DNA of 59,471 bases from an uncultured bacterium (GCA_903870365.1 CAIQCQ010000027.1:1-59471), one strand, 5' to 3'. Positions 25,495 through 36,505 are shown, counted from the stretch's first letter. Made by a program: numbers and translations. The notes: generated from the sequence alone by a model not told the origin.

Positions 25495-27234
25495 TTATTG
25501 AAACACTCTCCACACATTTGTGGTTTCGATATACCAGGTGTTAATGCCTGCAAACCGATCACTCGCTACAGTCAGCTGTCCCAGTGATATGTTATGTATA
25601 TTGTTTGGTACAACATAGATAAGGTCTGGTGCGTAGAGAAAGATAGCGGGTGAATCAGCAGAAATTTCTTTTTCAAAACTTTGCTGTAATGTCGCAATAG
25701 TTTGAGGGTCGTTTGTTGTGCGGAGATTTTCGAGTATTTTGTCTGCTTTGATGTTGGCGTACAATGCAATGTTTAGTCCTGGATCATTTCTTTGTGAAGA
25801 ATGCCAGAATGGGTAGAGGTCTTTGCCGGGAGTAATGATTTCTCCAAATAAGAGTGCGTCATATTTTCGTGGACGGATGATATTTTGATTGAGGTCTCCG
25901 ATTTCAAATATCTTAACGTCTACTTGTGCTCCAAGTTTTGTCCATGTATTCTGCATTGCCTCCGCGAGGGCCTTGAGTTCTGGCGCATCTGATGTGGAGA
26001 GCGAGAAGGCGAGGGTAGCGGTCGGTTTTTTGGTTTTCTTATCTATCTTTTGGTATATGCCATTTGCGTTTTTGGCCCAGCCTGCTTTTTCGAGTGTCGC
26101 TTGGGCTTGAGCGATGCGAGTGTCTTCTGAGAGAGTGCCTGTCGTGTCTATATTAGTAGGGAGCGGACCATCGAGCGGAACCCCGTAACCTCCCAACACT
26201 TGCTTGATCAGGGTTGGTTTGTCCAAGGCTTGTTCGAGAGCTTGTCGTACCTCGGTGTTGACCAGAACTGGTGCACTACTTTGATTCCAAAAGACACCAA
26301 AGACACGAGAGAGTGTGGGTGTCAGTACTGCGTCACTACTTTTTTTCAATAGGGGTATGTTACTTGGAGTGATGCTGTTGATGTCACTTACGTCACCTTT
26401 GTTGTATGCATTAATCAGATCATTTTCATTTGAATAAAATTTCATGGTGATATGAGTGATGTATGGTTCACCACTGACATAGTTTGGGTTGGCGGTCAGA
26501 TCATATTCTGTAGGGAGGCCAGAACTGTCGGTCACCACTTTACTCACTTTGTATGGACCAGAACCAGTTGGGCGAGTGTTGAGTGTGCTAAATGGAAAAC
26601 TATCATCACTGACATCTTTCCAGATATGTTTGGGCAAAATACCAAGAGTCATGTTGTATATAAATGGAGCGTATTGTTGTTTGAGAGTAAAAGAAATTGT
26701 GGTGTTGTCTACTTTTGTGACACGGACACCATCCCAAATACTTTCTTTGGGACTTTTCAAACCAGCATCCTGAGCACGCTGAATAGTAAAGAGAATGTCG
26801 TCTGGAGTAATTGGTGTACCATCTTGGAACACGATTTTGTTTTTCAATATAAATGTATATGTTAGGCCGTCTGGTGACAGGGTGTATGACTGTGCCAAAT
26901 CTGGCGCAAGCTTGCCTGCAGAGTTTTGTTTGAGTAATCCAGAGTAGACAAGAGTAGTCAGGTCACGGTCTGCATCAGACATTGCAAGAAGTGGGTTTAC
27001 AAAACGTGGTGAACCAATCACGCCTTCGGTAATAGTACCACCATGGGTCGGAGTCTCTACCATATAGAGTGTATTGACCTGCCACAAAAGTGCGAGGCCT
27101 GATATGGTAAAAACAGTAACGAGGAAATAAAAAATAACCCGCTCACCAATAGAGAATGTCTTGATAATATGTTTTACTTTGTTTGAGCTTGAAAGCGTCC
27201 AACTTTTTGAGAAGAGCTCTTTGAGTTTTTCCAT
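25495..27234 (-). CDS. ABC-transporter family-5 substrate-binding protein (Opp/Dpp-like), membrane-anchored
   Basis: 579 aa with an N-terminal TM helix and the overall SBP_bac_5 pattern. No permease or ATPase gene lies adjacent. Confidence 0.7.
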   Translation of the reverse strand: MEKLKELFSKSWTLSSSNKVKHIIKTFSIGERVIFYFLVTVFTISGLALLWQVNTLYMVETPTHGGTITEGVIGSPRFVNPLLAMSDADRDLTTLVYSGLLKQNSAGKLAPDLAQSYTLSPDGLTYTFILKNKIVFQDGTPITPDDILFTIQRAQDAGLKSPKESIWDGVRVTKVDNTTISFTLKQQYAPFIYNMTLGILPKHIWKDVSDDSFPFSTLNTRPTGSGPYKVSKVVTDSSGLPTEYDLTANPNYVSGEPYITHITMKFYSNENDLINAYNKGDVSDINSITPSNIPLLKKSSDAVLTPTLSRVFGVFWNQSSAPVLVNTEVRQALEQALDKPTLIKQVLGGYGVPLDGPLPTNIDTTGTLSEDTRIAQAQATLEKAGWAKNANGIYQKIDKKTKKPTATLAFSLSTSDAPELKALAEAMQNTWTKLGAQVDVKIFEIGDLNQNIIRPRKYDALLFGEIITPGKDLYPFWHSSQRNDPGLNIALYANIKADKILENLRTTNDPQTIATLQQSFEKEISADSPAIFLYAPDLIYVVPNNIHNISLGQLTVASDRFAGINTWYIETTNVWRVFQ

Positions 27235-27397
27235 CGTAATGAGTGTGTCGTTATATGACTATATATGTATATACGAATCTCCGAATTAGAAACCTGCGAA
27301 TACCTACGAATAAGATGAAAACTATCTTTTATTTGTAGATATTTGTAGATTAGTAAAATTTGTAGATTAGTATAGATACGAGCGTATCTAGTTAAGG

Positions 27398-27628
27398 TTA
27401 AATCAAAAGTAAGATAAATGATGTCACAGCAAAAAGCACCGCGATTATGATAGTGGCAATAAAGAGTACCTTTTCTGGGCCTCGTTTTGTGTGGTGGACG
27501 GATGAGAAGCTGTCGCCTCCAAATGCTCCGCCTAACCCTGCCTCTGATCTCTGTAGTAAAACGCCTCCGATGAGGAGTACGCACAGAGCGATTTGTACAT
27601 ACGGTATGATGCTAGCCATTGGGTTCAT
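27398..27628 (-). CDS. secG: preprotein translocase subunit SecG
   Basis: Two TM helices with LLQRSEAGLGGAFGG between them. Confidence 0.75.
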   Translation of the reverse strand: MNPMASIIPYVQIALCVLLIGGVLLQRSEAGLGGAFGGDSFSSVHHTKRGPEKVLFIATIIIAVLFAVTSFILLLI

Positions 27629-27886
27629 ACTACCAGATTGAGTAACATTGAGCAAGTATGAGGTAATGCATCAATCCTGTTTTTCTTATGGATTTGCTCA
27701 AATTTCTAATTTTTAATTTCTAATTTGCACATCAGCAATACCTGATGTGCAAGTGTTCCCTTATAAGCGAACTCGAACAAAAATCCTCAAAGGAACTTTA
27801 TTCATTTAGGGGGATTGGTAGGATAAAGATCCTCCGAGTGTACTTATATTACATCTAGTTTTTAAATCAAGGTAAGTATGTTTTTT

Positions 27887-27905
27887 GTCATTCTGGGCTC
27901 GAGCC
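27887..27905. repeat. GTCATTC-type palindromic repeat unit (variant)
   Basis: gtcattctgggctcgagcc. Confidence 0.4.
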
Positions 27906-27982
27906 TTCAATTCACTTATCTATTTCAATATCTATTTCAAACATAAAGCCCGCCGGAAACCTGCGGGGTGCAGTGAAAACGA

Positions 27983-28378
27983 TTAGTCAGTGATGATGTC
28001 CAGCCAAGCGTCCGCCTTGGTTGGACTGAGTCCCTCGATGGGGGTGTTTCGTTTGGTAAACCTAACCCCTTTACTTGGGTACATTCTTTTGAATGTCTTT
28101 TTGTTGGGATTTTTATTCTGGCAAACAAGCTTCCAACGGGGTCTGTCTGGACCCCCAAGCATGATTAGTTTTACTTCAAAGAAAGTACGATGGTCTGTAA
28201 ATTCTTTGAAGAACCATTGTTCTTTTACGTACGAATCAGCTTCTTCTTGAGCCAGTTTGATCTTTTTTTCTATGATACTGGACCAGAAGTTTTTCTTAAA
28301 GATTATCCACCAGACCCAATAGGCCAATATAAGAAAAAAGAATCCTTCGACAATGAGTGTTTTTTCGTCCATGTTCAA
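27983..28378 (-). CDS. hypothetical membrane-anchored basic protein
   Basis: 131 aa with one TM helix. A hairpin cccgc/gcggg lies downstream on the minus strand (27949-27975). Confidence 0.5.
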   Translation of the reverse strand: MNMDEKTLIVEGFFFLILAYWVWWIIFKKNFWSSIIEKKIKLAQEEADSYVKEQWFFKEFTDHRTFFEVKLIMLGGPDRPRWKLVCQNKNPNKKTFKRMYPSKGVRFTKRNTPIEGLSPTKADAWLDIITD

Positions 28379-28700
28379 GATCTCCTACAAAAAACATATC
28401 ACATATTATATATAGAAGTCAACCCAGTACCACTTTTATCCGTATAGATTATTCACGGTAGGGTATATATCCAAAGTGTATCTTATATACTGACATAGTT
28501 AGGTACTAAAAGTGTTGCTGGGTCAAGTGGTCATACAGAGAAAAATACATATAATATGAGCCAATTACTAAAGAGAAATTTCCAATTTACAATTTCGAAT
28601 TTTGAAACAATTTCTAAATTCTTTAATGAATTACTTTTTTCAAAATTAATCCATTCAAACATTGTTTCGAAATTAGAAATTCAAAATTAACAAAAAAACT

Positions 28701-29072
28701 ATGGCTAAAAAAACAAAAAAGGTACATAAGTCAAAAGTTCGTAAAGTCGTAAAGTCCGTAAAGTCGAATAAGGTCCCTGTCCTGCCCCTCGGTAATCGCG
28801 CACTCATTCGACCCTTTACCAAAGACGAACTGGAAAAGAAAAATTCATTTGGCATTATTTTGCCAGGTGCAGACACTAAGGAAAAAGCTGAACAGGGTGT
28901 TGTCCTGGCTGTTGGTGAAGGCGCATATCAGAATGGAATATGTATAACACCAACCGTCCATATCGGTGATGTCGTGGCTTTTTCAAAGTATGGATATGAT
29001 GATATTACGGTGGATGGGGAGGAACTGTATTTAATTAAGGAAGAAAATATATTGGCAATTATTAATAAATAA
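28701..29072 (+). CDS. groES: co-chaperonin GroES with ~25-aa lysine-rich N-terminal extension
   Basis: PLGNRALIRP...GIILP...GVVLAVGEG...GDVVAFSKY...YLIKEENILAII. Confidence 0.9.
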   Translation: MAKKTKKVHKSKVRKVVKSVKSNKVPVLPLGNRALIRPFTKDELEKKNSFGIILPGADTKEKAEQGVVLAVGEGAYQNGICITPTVHIGDVVAFSKYGYDDITVDGEELYLIKEENILAIINK

Positions 29073-29080
29073 ACTGAAGT

Positions 29081-30816
<1,736 letters not shown>

Positions 30817-30975
30817 GCTATTTCTTACATGAAAGGTGAGTGGAGACAGGAGATTGGACATTAGCATCTGGATGTTTGAGTCTGGAAGTTAGAGAAAACA
30901 TCAAGAGAAATTTTGGTATTTTTGTCTGTATGGTGGTGTGGTATACTTTAAGTAATACTAATAATATTCAAAAAT

Positions 30976-31350
30976 ATGGAAGGTGAAAAAAATTTTTTAG
31001 ATAAAATTGATGAAATAAGGATGCAGGATCCTCTAGAAGCAAGAAAAGAAGTACTTAAGGAACAGGTCGCTAGTGTTTTTGGTGAGTATGAAGATTTTAT
31101 TCGTGGGGCTTTAGTAAAAGCAAAAGAATGGGATTTGGAACATCAGGAAAGAGGTGATGTTGACTGGTATGATACTTTAATACGGGGTGGATCTCTTAGA
31201 GAAAATGTACCTTTTATTGCCAAAAGTCTGGTTAAGGCACAAGAATATGATAGAGAAAAAAAATTAATAACATCCGAGGCGGGTGGTACGTATGTGAGTT
31301 TATTGAACCTATGTCATGATTATGATTTGCACGTTATTAAAATCAAATAA
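30976..31350 (+). CDS. hypothetical acidic protein
   Basis: 124-aa ORF with no family recognised. Confidence 0.5.
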   Translation: MEGEKNFLDKIDEIRMQDPLEARKEVLKEQVASVFGEYEDFIRGALVKAKEWDLEHQERGDVDWYDTLIRGGSLRENVPFIAKSLVKAQEYDREKKLITSEAGGTYVSLLNLCHDYDLHVIKIK

Positions 31351-31355
31351 AAATT

Positions 31356-31943
31356 ATGGAAACACAAAAAAACTTTTTACAACGAAATTTGGGCTGGATT
31401 ATCCCTGTCGGTGTTGTAGTCATTATTGCTTTGTGGTCAGTGGCCGGATACAACTCGTTTGTTCGCAGTAACACTGCTATCGATGGTCAGTGGGCTCAGG
31501 TGGAAACACAGTATCAGCGACGTTTTGATTTGATCCCAAATGTGGTCAATGCAGTCAAAGGTTATGACACACACGAACAGGCTATCTACGACAGCATTAC
31601 TCTCGCGCGAACACAGTATGCCGGAGCGACTACTCCAGATGCCAAGGCCGCGGCTGCTACCCAGGTAGAAGCAGGTCTTGGGCGATTGCTTGTCGTGGCG
31701 GAAAGTAACCCACAGTTGCAGTCTGCACCACTCTTTCAGAGTCTGACCGTAGAACTTGAAGGTACAGAAAATCGCATTTCAGTAGAACGCATGAAATACA
31801 ATACACTTGTCCAGTCCTACAATACTGGTGTGCAGACATTCCCAAGTTCTGTCCTCGCAGGTATGTTTGGTTTCCATGCACGAACATACTTTAATGCTCC
31901 GGAGGCAGCCCAGAGTGCACCAACCGTTAATTTTGCTAACTAA
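31356..31943 (+). CDS. lemA: LemA family protein
   Basis: N-terminal TM helix and YNSFV...QVETQYQRRFDLIPN...RMKYN pattern. Confidence 0.85.
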   Translation: METQKNFLQRNLGWIIPVGVVVIIALWSVAGYNSFVRSNTAIDGQWAQVETQYQRRFDLIPNVVNAVKGYDTHEQAIYDSITLARTQYAGATTPDAKAAAATQVEAGLGRLLVVAESNPQLQSAPLFQSLTVELEGTENRISVERMKYNTLVQSYNTGVQTFPSSVLAGMFGFHARTYFNAPEAAQSAPTVNFAN

Positions 31944-31985
31944 ACTTCCAAATTTAAGCGATCTCACTTAAGTTGTGAAAGTTTT
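31942..31985. repeat. post-stop palindromic element, short copy E4
   Basis: aaacttccaaattt...ttgtgaaagtttt shares both termini with E1 (6768-6890). It starts inside the lemA stop codon. Confidence 0.5.
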
Positions 31986-31999
31986 AACATACGCAGAAT

Positions 32000-32899
32000 A
32001 TGAAAAAAGTTTTAATTACTTTATTATTGTTTGTTCCTGTTATTGCTGGAGCATTTACCATACCTCCTAAACCAACTAACTTTGTCTCTGACTATGCTGG
32101 GATGTTGACTGCTGATCAAGTAACCACATTAAACAACAAGCTGTCTCAATTTGAGCAACAAACGACAGATGAGATTGCTGTGGTAACCGTGCCATCGCTC
32201 GATGGTGAACCGATAGAAAATCTGGCTCAAGAAATATTTACTCAGTGGGGGATTGGTAAAAAAGATACAAACAACGGTGTACTGCTGCTCATTTCTTTGG
32301 CTGATCACAAGACACGGATACAGACTGGCTATGGCGTAGAGGGTGACCTGACAGATATTGCCACCTCATATATACAGAGTGATGTTATGACACCCGCTTT
32401 TCGTGCGGGGGACTACAATGGTGGTATCAATGGTGCAGTGGATAAAATGATCACGGCGTTGGGCGGGGCCACTATTGTGCCGAGTGACTACCAACAAACA
32501 AGTTCTCAGAACGATGGTGCTAACTGGGGGTATATATTTATCATTGGATTTGTCGCCTTGCAATGGCTCGGAGCTGTTCTCGGTAAATCAAAATCATGGT
32601 GGGCAGGAGGAGTTATTGGGGCAGTGTTAGGTGGTATTGTATGGTTTTTTAATTTTTTTACACTCTCTACCACTGTCTATGCTGTTATTTTTGTAGGACT
32701 TATTTGTTTTGGATTGTTATTTGATTTTCTTGTTTCTCGAGCATATACACAAAAAACAACGACAGGTAATTTCCCGTGGTGGTGGATCTTTTTTGGTGGT
32801 GGACGTGGTGGAGGGTTTGGAGGATCGGGTGGCGGAGGTGGCTTTGGGGGATTTGGTGGTGGGGGTTCCGGTGGTGGTGGATCCAGTGGTGGATGGTAA
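32000..32899 (+). CDS. TPM-domain protein (YgcG-like) with Gly-rich C-terminal tail
   Basis: Signal peptide, VSDYAGMLT...EIAVVTVPSL...NGVLLLIS, TM helices and a GGGFGG tail. This is the usual LemA-TPM gene pair. Confidence 0.8.
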   Translation: MKKVLITLLLFVPVIAGAFTIPPKPTNFVSDYAGMLTADQVTTLNNKLSQFEQQTTDEIAVVTVPSLDGEPIENLAQEIFTQWGIGKKDTNNGVLLLISLADHKTRIQTGYGVEGDLTDIATSYIQSDVMTPAFRAGDYNGGINGAVDKMITALGGATIVPSDYQQTSSQNDGANWGYIFIIGFVALQWLGAVLGKSKSWWAGGVIGAVLGGIVWFFNFFTLSTTVYAVIFVGLICFGLLFDFLVSRAYTQKTTTGNFPWWWIFFGGGRGGGFGGSGGGGGFGGFGGGGSGGGGSSGGW

Positions 32900-32935
32900 T
32901 TGCATACCGTAATTTGAGAATGATATACTATTAGC

Positions 32936-33193
32936 ATGAAAAAAACTCCTTCAAAATTACCTAAAAAAGTAACCCTTGAAAATCTTGCTCGAATGGTAGC
33001 AAACGGTTTTGCTGATGTTCGATCTGAAATGAATGAACGGTTTAATCAAGTCGATAAGAAATTTACGGCAGTCGATAAACGTTTTGATAATATTGATGAG
33101 CGAATAGATGGTATAGAGGAGCGTCTCATCAGAATGGAACATAATCATGGTGCCCGTATTGAGATCTTGGAGGATAAATTAGCAAGACGATAA
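32936..33193 (+). CDS. hypothetical coiled-coil protein
   Basis: 85 aa with the repeated pattern FxxVDKxFxxIDERIDGIEERL. Confidence 0.5.
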   Translation: MKKTPSKLPKKVTLENLARMVANGFADVRSEMNERFNQVDKKFTAVDKRFDNIDERIDGIEERLIRMEHNHGARIEILEDKLARR

Positions 33194-33202
33194 ACTATAT
33201 CC

Positions 33203-33697
33203 ATGGACATCAAAGACAAAGAACTACATCGTATTGTCACTACGACACTTGTATATAAACCTGATCGCACGTATCTCATTACCAAACGTGCACCACATAA
33301 AAAATCTCATCCAAATAAATGGACGATTCCTGGAGGTGGTTTGACTGTTGACGACTATATCAATACACCACACAGTGAACATGGAGAAAACTTGTGGTAC
33401 AACGTCATCGAAAAATCTTTGAAAAGAGAAATACAAGAAGAAGTTGGATTGGATGTGGGTAAGCCAGAACTTATTGTTGACATGGCTTTCTTGCGGCCAG
33501 ATGCTATTCCTGTTATCTGTTTTAGTTATTTTACTCCGTATATTTCTGGCGAAGTGAATATTAATCTTGATCCCGAAGGCGATACGGTGGACTTTACATG
33601 GGTAACACTCGAACAAGCCAAAGACTACGATTTGATTCCTGGTATTTGGGACGAAATCCGTCAGGTAGATGAGATATTGAAGACACGTGAGATGTAG
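33203..33697 (+). CDS. NUDIX hydrolase
   Basis: Nudix box GGGLTVDD...SLKREIQEEVGL. Confidence 0.8.
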   Translation: MDIKDKELHRIVTTTLVYKPDRTYLITKRAPHKKSHPNKWTIPGGGLTVDDYINTPHSEHGENLWYNVIEKSLKREIQEEVGLDVGKPELIVDMAFLRPDAIPVICFSYFTPYISGEVNINLDPEGDTVDFTWVTLEQAKDYDLIPGIWDEIRQVDEILKTREM

Positions 33698-33741
33698 TTG
33701 AATAAAATACAGTTTGGAGTATCCTATTGGCAGGAGTGACT

Positions 33742-34257
33742 ATGAAAAAACAAGAAATACCAGTTGTTCTTGCGACTTTGGTTTTTCCTGTACGTGGCAT
33801 AGAGGTTATGCTTGCAGAAAAAGTACAGAAGATTGGGGCGGGATGTCTCAATGGGTGGGGTGGTAAGGTAAAGACTGGTGAAAGTCTTCGGGCATGTGCA
33901 GCCAGAGAATTTTTTGAAGAAAGCTGTGCAAAAATTAATGAAAAAGATCTCGTCAAAGTGGGTATTGTTCATTTTACAAACCACAACACTGATAGATCAG
34001 TTTTTATCTGTGTTGTGCATGTATATACCATCACCAGATGGACGGGTGAAATTGTTTCAACCAGAGAGATGAAGTCTCCCGCTTGGTACAGGCGACGTTT
34101 TGTGGCGAGAGAGAAGTTAATGCTTGCTGATCGATATTGGCTATCCAAAATGTTGTCTGGAAAAAAGGGAATTGTGTGGGCAGAGTATGGTCCGCACCAG
34201 CAGACGCTTATTGGTGATGTCTGTTTTGAACCAGTTGATTCGTTTGAAGAGGAGTGA
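33742..34257 (+). CDS. NUDIX-family hydrolase (divergent box)
   Basis: GGKVKTGESLRACAAREFFEESCA. AGGAG lies 5 nt upstream of ATG 33742. Confidence 0.65.
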   Translation: MKKQEIPVVLATLVFPVRGIEVMLAEKVQKIGAGCLNGWGGKVKTGESLRACAAREFFEESCAKINEKDLVKVGIVHFTNHNTDRSVFICVVHVYTITRWTGEIVSTREMKSPAWYRRRFVAREKLMLADRYWLSKMLSGKKGIVWAEYGPHQQTLIGDVCFEPVDSFEEE

Positions 34258-34301
34258 TGATGTCGTCGCTCCTCTTTTTGTATGGTATAAATGTAAGTGT
34301 T

Positions 34302-34388
34302 GGAATCGTCGCATAGTGGTCTAGTGCACCACCTTGGAAAGGTGGCAAGGGGGAAACTCCTTCGAGAGTTCAAATCTCTCCGATTCCG
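34302..34388 (+). tRNA. tRNA-Ser (anticodon GGA)
   Basis: Manual cloverleaf. Acceptor stem ggaatcg/cgattcc, D arm gcat...gtgc, anticodon stem ccacc/ggtgg with loop ttGGAaa. Long variable arm caagggggaaactccttc, T arm gagag-ttcaaat-ctctc, discriminator G. No CCA is encoded. Confidence 0.85.
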
Positions 34389-34440
34389 CAATCAGCCAAG
34401 AAAAATGAGAAGCATTTTTCTTGTTGCTGTTGGGAGAAGA

Positions 34441-34454
34441 CGGAGAGATTTGAA
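34441..34454 (-). repeat. inverted 14-nt copy of the tRNA-Ser T-arm/acceptor segment
   Basis: The reverse complement equals ttcaaatctctccg (tRNA positions 34369-34382). Confidence 0.7.
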
Positions 34455-34541
34455 AGACGGAGCGGATACTAACTCACCAGAGTTAGTCGCGAGTCCGGGT
34501 AGGGAAAATTTTTGAGCGGCGGCGAAAAAATTATTCCTGAC

Positions 34542-34561
34542 CAAATCTCTCCGATTCCGCA
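34542..34561 (+). repeat. direct 20-nt copy of the tRNA-Ser 3' end (att-like scar)
   Basis: caaatctctccgattccgca is identical to 34371-34390. Confidence 0.8.
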
Positions 34562-34630
34562 GTTTTGAAACGTAGTAAGAAATTGCGGAGGATAAGCAAA
34601 GCTTTGTGGGGATGTTTAAACAGATTTTTT

Positions 34631-35113
34631 CTATACTAATACATCATTCATTTTCTTGACTATTCTCACCACAGTTTTCCATGTTCGTGTTGTTACATCC
34701 TTATTGAATTTTTTATCAATCGTACTCATAACCTTGGATGTATGTGGGTGTGAGAGATCGAGGGTATTGAAAATTTCCCCAGGTTTTTTCTTGAGGAATG
34801 AAACTATTAAATATGATGTTTGACCGTGTTCCATCGTTCCGAATGGATTTTTTTGTATGAGAGCCTCAAGTTCTTTTTTACTCCGTATGTATACAGGACT
34901 CTTGATCCCCAAATGTTTCATCAATGCTTTTTCTATTGTAAATTCGAGGGTAGGGATATTTTTTGAATTTGTTTCGAATATGACATTTCCACTTGAAATA
35001 ACAGGGTGGACATTTGAAAAACCTAATCCTTCAAAAACACCACGCAATTTCTCGTTGCGCATATTTGGATTGGTGGGCAGTATTCCTCGAAGCAGTGCGA
35101 CGTATGTGGTCAT
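34631..35113 (-). CDS. DUF1697-family protein
   Basis: MTTYVALLRGI...N.....L...FE.LGF.NV...ISSGNVIF pattern. Start at cat 35111-35113. Confidence 0.7.
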   Translation of the reverse strand: MTTYVALLRGILPTNPNMRNEKLRGVFEGLGFSNVHPVISSGNVIFETNSKNIPTLEFTIEKALMKHLGIKSPVYIRSKKELEALIQKNPFGTMEHGQTSYLIVSFLKKKPGEIFNTLDLSHPHTSKVMSTIDKKFNKDVTTRTWKTVVRIVKKMNDVLV

Positions 35114-35186
35114 TGAATGAATAGTATAAAAAATTACATAGTAATTCAGATTAAAATTGTTTATTTTTTGGTATATACTATATCCC

Positions 35187-36425
35187 ATGCAAGAAAAAAA
35201 TCTATCAGTATACATCTTCTCATCCCTGATCATCATATCACTGGTTGGCTTTTGTCACACCGCTATTGCTGCGACGAGTGGTAAAACAGTAATCACTCCG
35301 CCACTTGAAATATCAGGGTGGATACCATATTGGCGTGAAGCCAGTGGCACAGCTGAGGCCTTGGCCCACATTGCATCGTTTACAGAAATCAGTCCATTTG
35401 GCTTTACCGTCAAACAAGATGGTACATTGTTTGATCCGATGAAAATTAATTCTGATCCATGGCCAGCGTTGATTGCTACAGCGAAGAGTCATAAAGTAAA
35501 AATCATACCGACGATTACATGGAGTGATGATGATACTATTGATGCTATTTTACGTAACCCAAAAACACGGGCAGCACATGTTGCAGCTATTGTGGCTTTG
35601 GTTAAAAGTAATAATTTTGATGGTATTGATATTGATTATGAGGGTAAAAAAGCTGAAACAGAAAAATATTTTTCACTCTTTTTGCATGACTTGTGGTACG
35701 CCATTGGAAACAAAGTCGTGAGTTGCACGATTGAAGCACGAACACCACTTGATGCACGTTTTGCTGTCATTCCAAAAGATATTCAGTATGCTAATGATTA
35801 TGCAGCCATCAACAAATATTGTGACCAAGTACGGATCATGGCCTACGATCAAGGCACGGTGGATTTGAAGCTAAACAAAGCAGCCCAGGGTCCGTATGTA
35901 CCAGTGGCTGACCCGCAGTGGGTAGAAAAAGTGATTAGACTAGCTGAGCAGACTATTGCAAAGAAAAAAATTGTTATTGGTGTAGCTACTTATGGCTATG
36001 TGTACAATGTCCAACCACTACAAGGTGGAGGATATCAATATGATAGAATATCTGCATTTGATCAAAATTATGCAACCGATATTGCCTCACAGTTTGGTAT
36101 CACCCCACAACGTAACAGTGCAGGTGAATTGAGTTTTAGCTATACGCCAACATCTACACCAGTTGTCATGCCTGATCCAACAGTGGCGACGACCTCTACC
36201 TCACTCGACACATCAACTTTTATGCAAACATCAGTGACTAATTCAATCGGTTCTACTACGGCTCCACAAATACCAATAACACCACCATTTCGCTTGCTCT
36301 GGTGGAGTGATGCGAGTGCTATTAAGGATAAAATAGCCTTGGCAAAAAAACTTGGAGTGAGGGGTATAGTCTTGTTTAAACTTGATGGTGGCGCTGATCC
36401 TGCGGTGTGGAATGTGTTGAAATGA
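35187..36425 (+). CDS. GH18 glycoside hydrolase (chitinase/YaaH-like), secreted
   Basis: FDGIDIDYEG catalytic motif (DxxDxDxE). N-terminal signal anchor. Confidence 0.8.
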   Translation: MQEKNLSVYIFSSLIIISLVGFCHTAIAATSGKTVITPPLEISGWIPYWREASGTAEALAHIASFTEISPFGFTVKQDGTLFDPMKINSDPWPALIATAKSHKVKIIPTITWSDDDTIDAILRNPKTRAAHVAAIVALVKSNNFDGIDIDYEGKKAETEKYFSLFLHDLWYAIGNKVVSCTIEARTPLDARFAVIPKDIQYANDYAAINKYCDQVRIMAYDQGTVDLKLNKAAQGPYVPVADPQWVEKVIRLAEQTIAKKKIVIGVATYGYVYNVQPLQGGGYQYDRISAFDQNYATDIASQFGITPQRNSAGELSFSYTPTSTPVVMPDPTVATTSTSLDTSTFMQTSVTNSIGSTTAPQIPITPPFRLLWWSDASAIKDKIALAKKLGVRGIVLFKLDGGADPAVWNVLK

Positions 36426-36505
36426 TATGCTAGAAGGTGATCATCTGGCTGGTGGAACTGGTATGAAATATTCTGTATGTTTTGGTGTAGTATTGAGTAC
36501 ACCTT

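Noticed and set aside
27331-27372. TTTGTAGAT repeated three times, which resembles the 3' end of Cas12a-type CRISPR repeats (…GTAGAT).
   Set aside because: The repeats are 10-17 nt apart with no spacer-sized unique segments. There is no full-length repeat unit and no cas gene in the window. I treat it as a promoter-region iteron, not a CRISPR array.
28500-28700. Search for a CIRCE (TTAGCACTC-N9-GAGTGCTAA) operator or a clean -35/-10 pair upstream of groES.
   Set aside because: No CIRCE-like dyad is present. A TATAAT at 28550-28555 lacks a convincing -35 hexamer, so I did not call a promoter.
32677-32937. 86-aa proline-rich minus-strand ORF and other frames over the 3' end of the TPM gene.
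   Set aside because: It is the mirror image of the GGT/GGA-rich glycine tail (poly-P from the CCN complement), not an independent gene.
34297-34515. 72-aa plus-strand and 140-aa minus-strand ORFs overlapping the tRNA-Ser region.
   Set aside because: They run through a well-formed tRNA and its repeat scars and show no coding signals.
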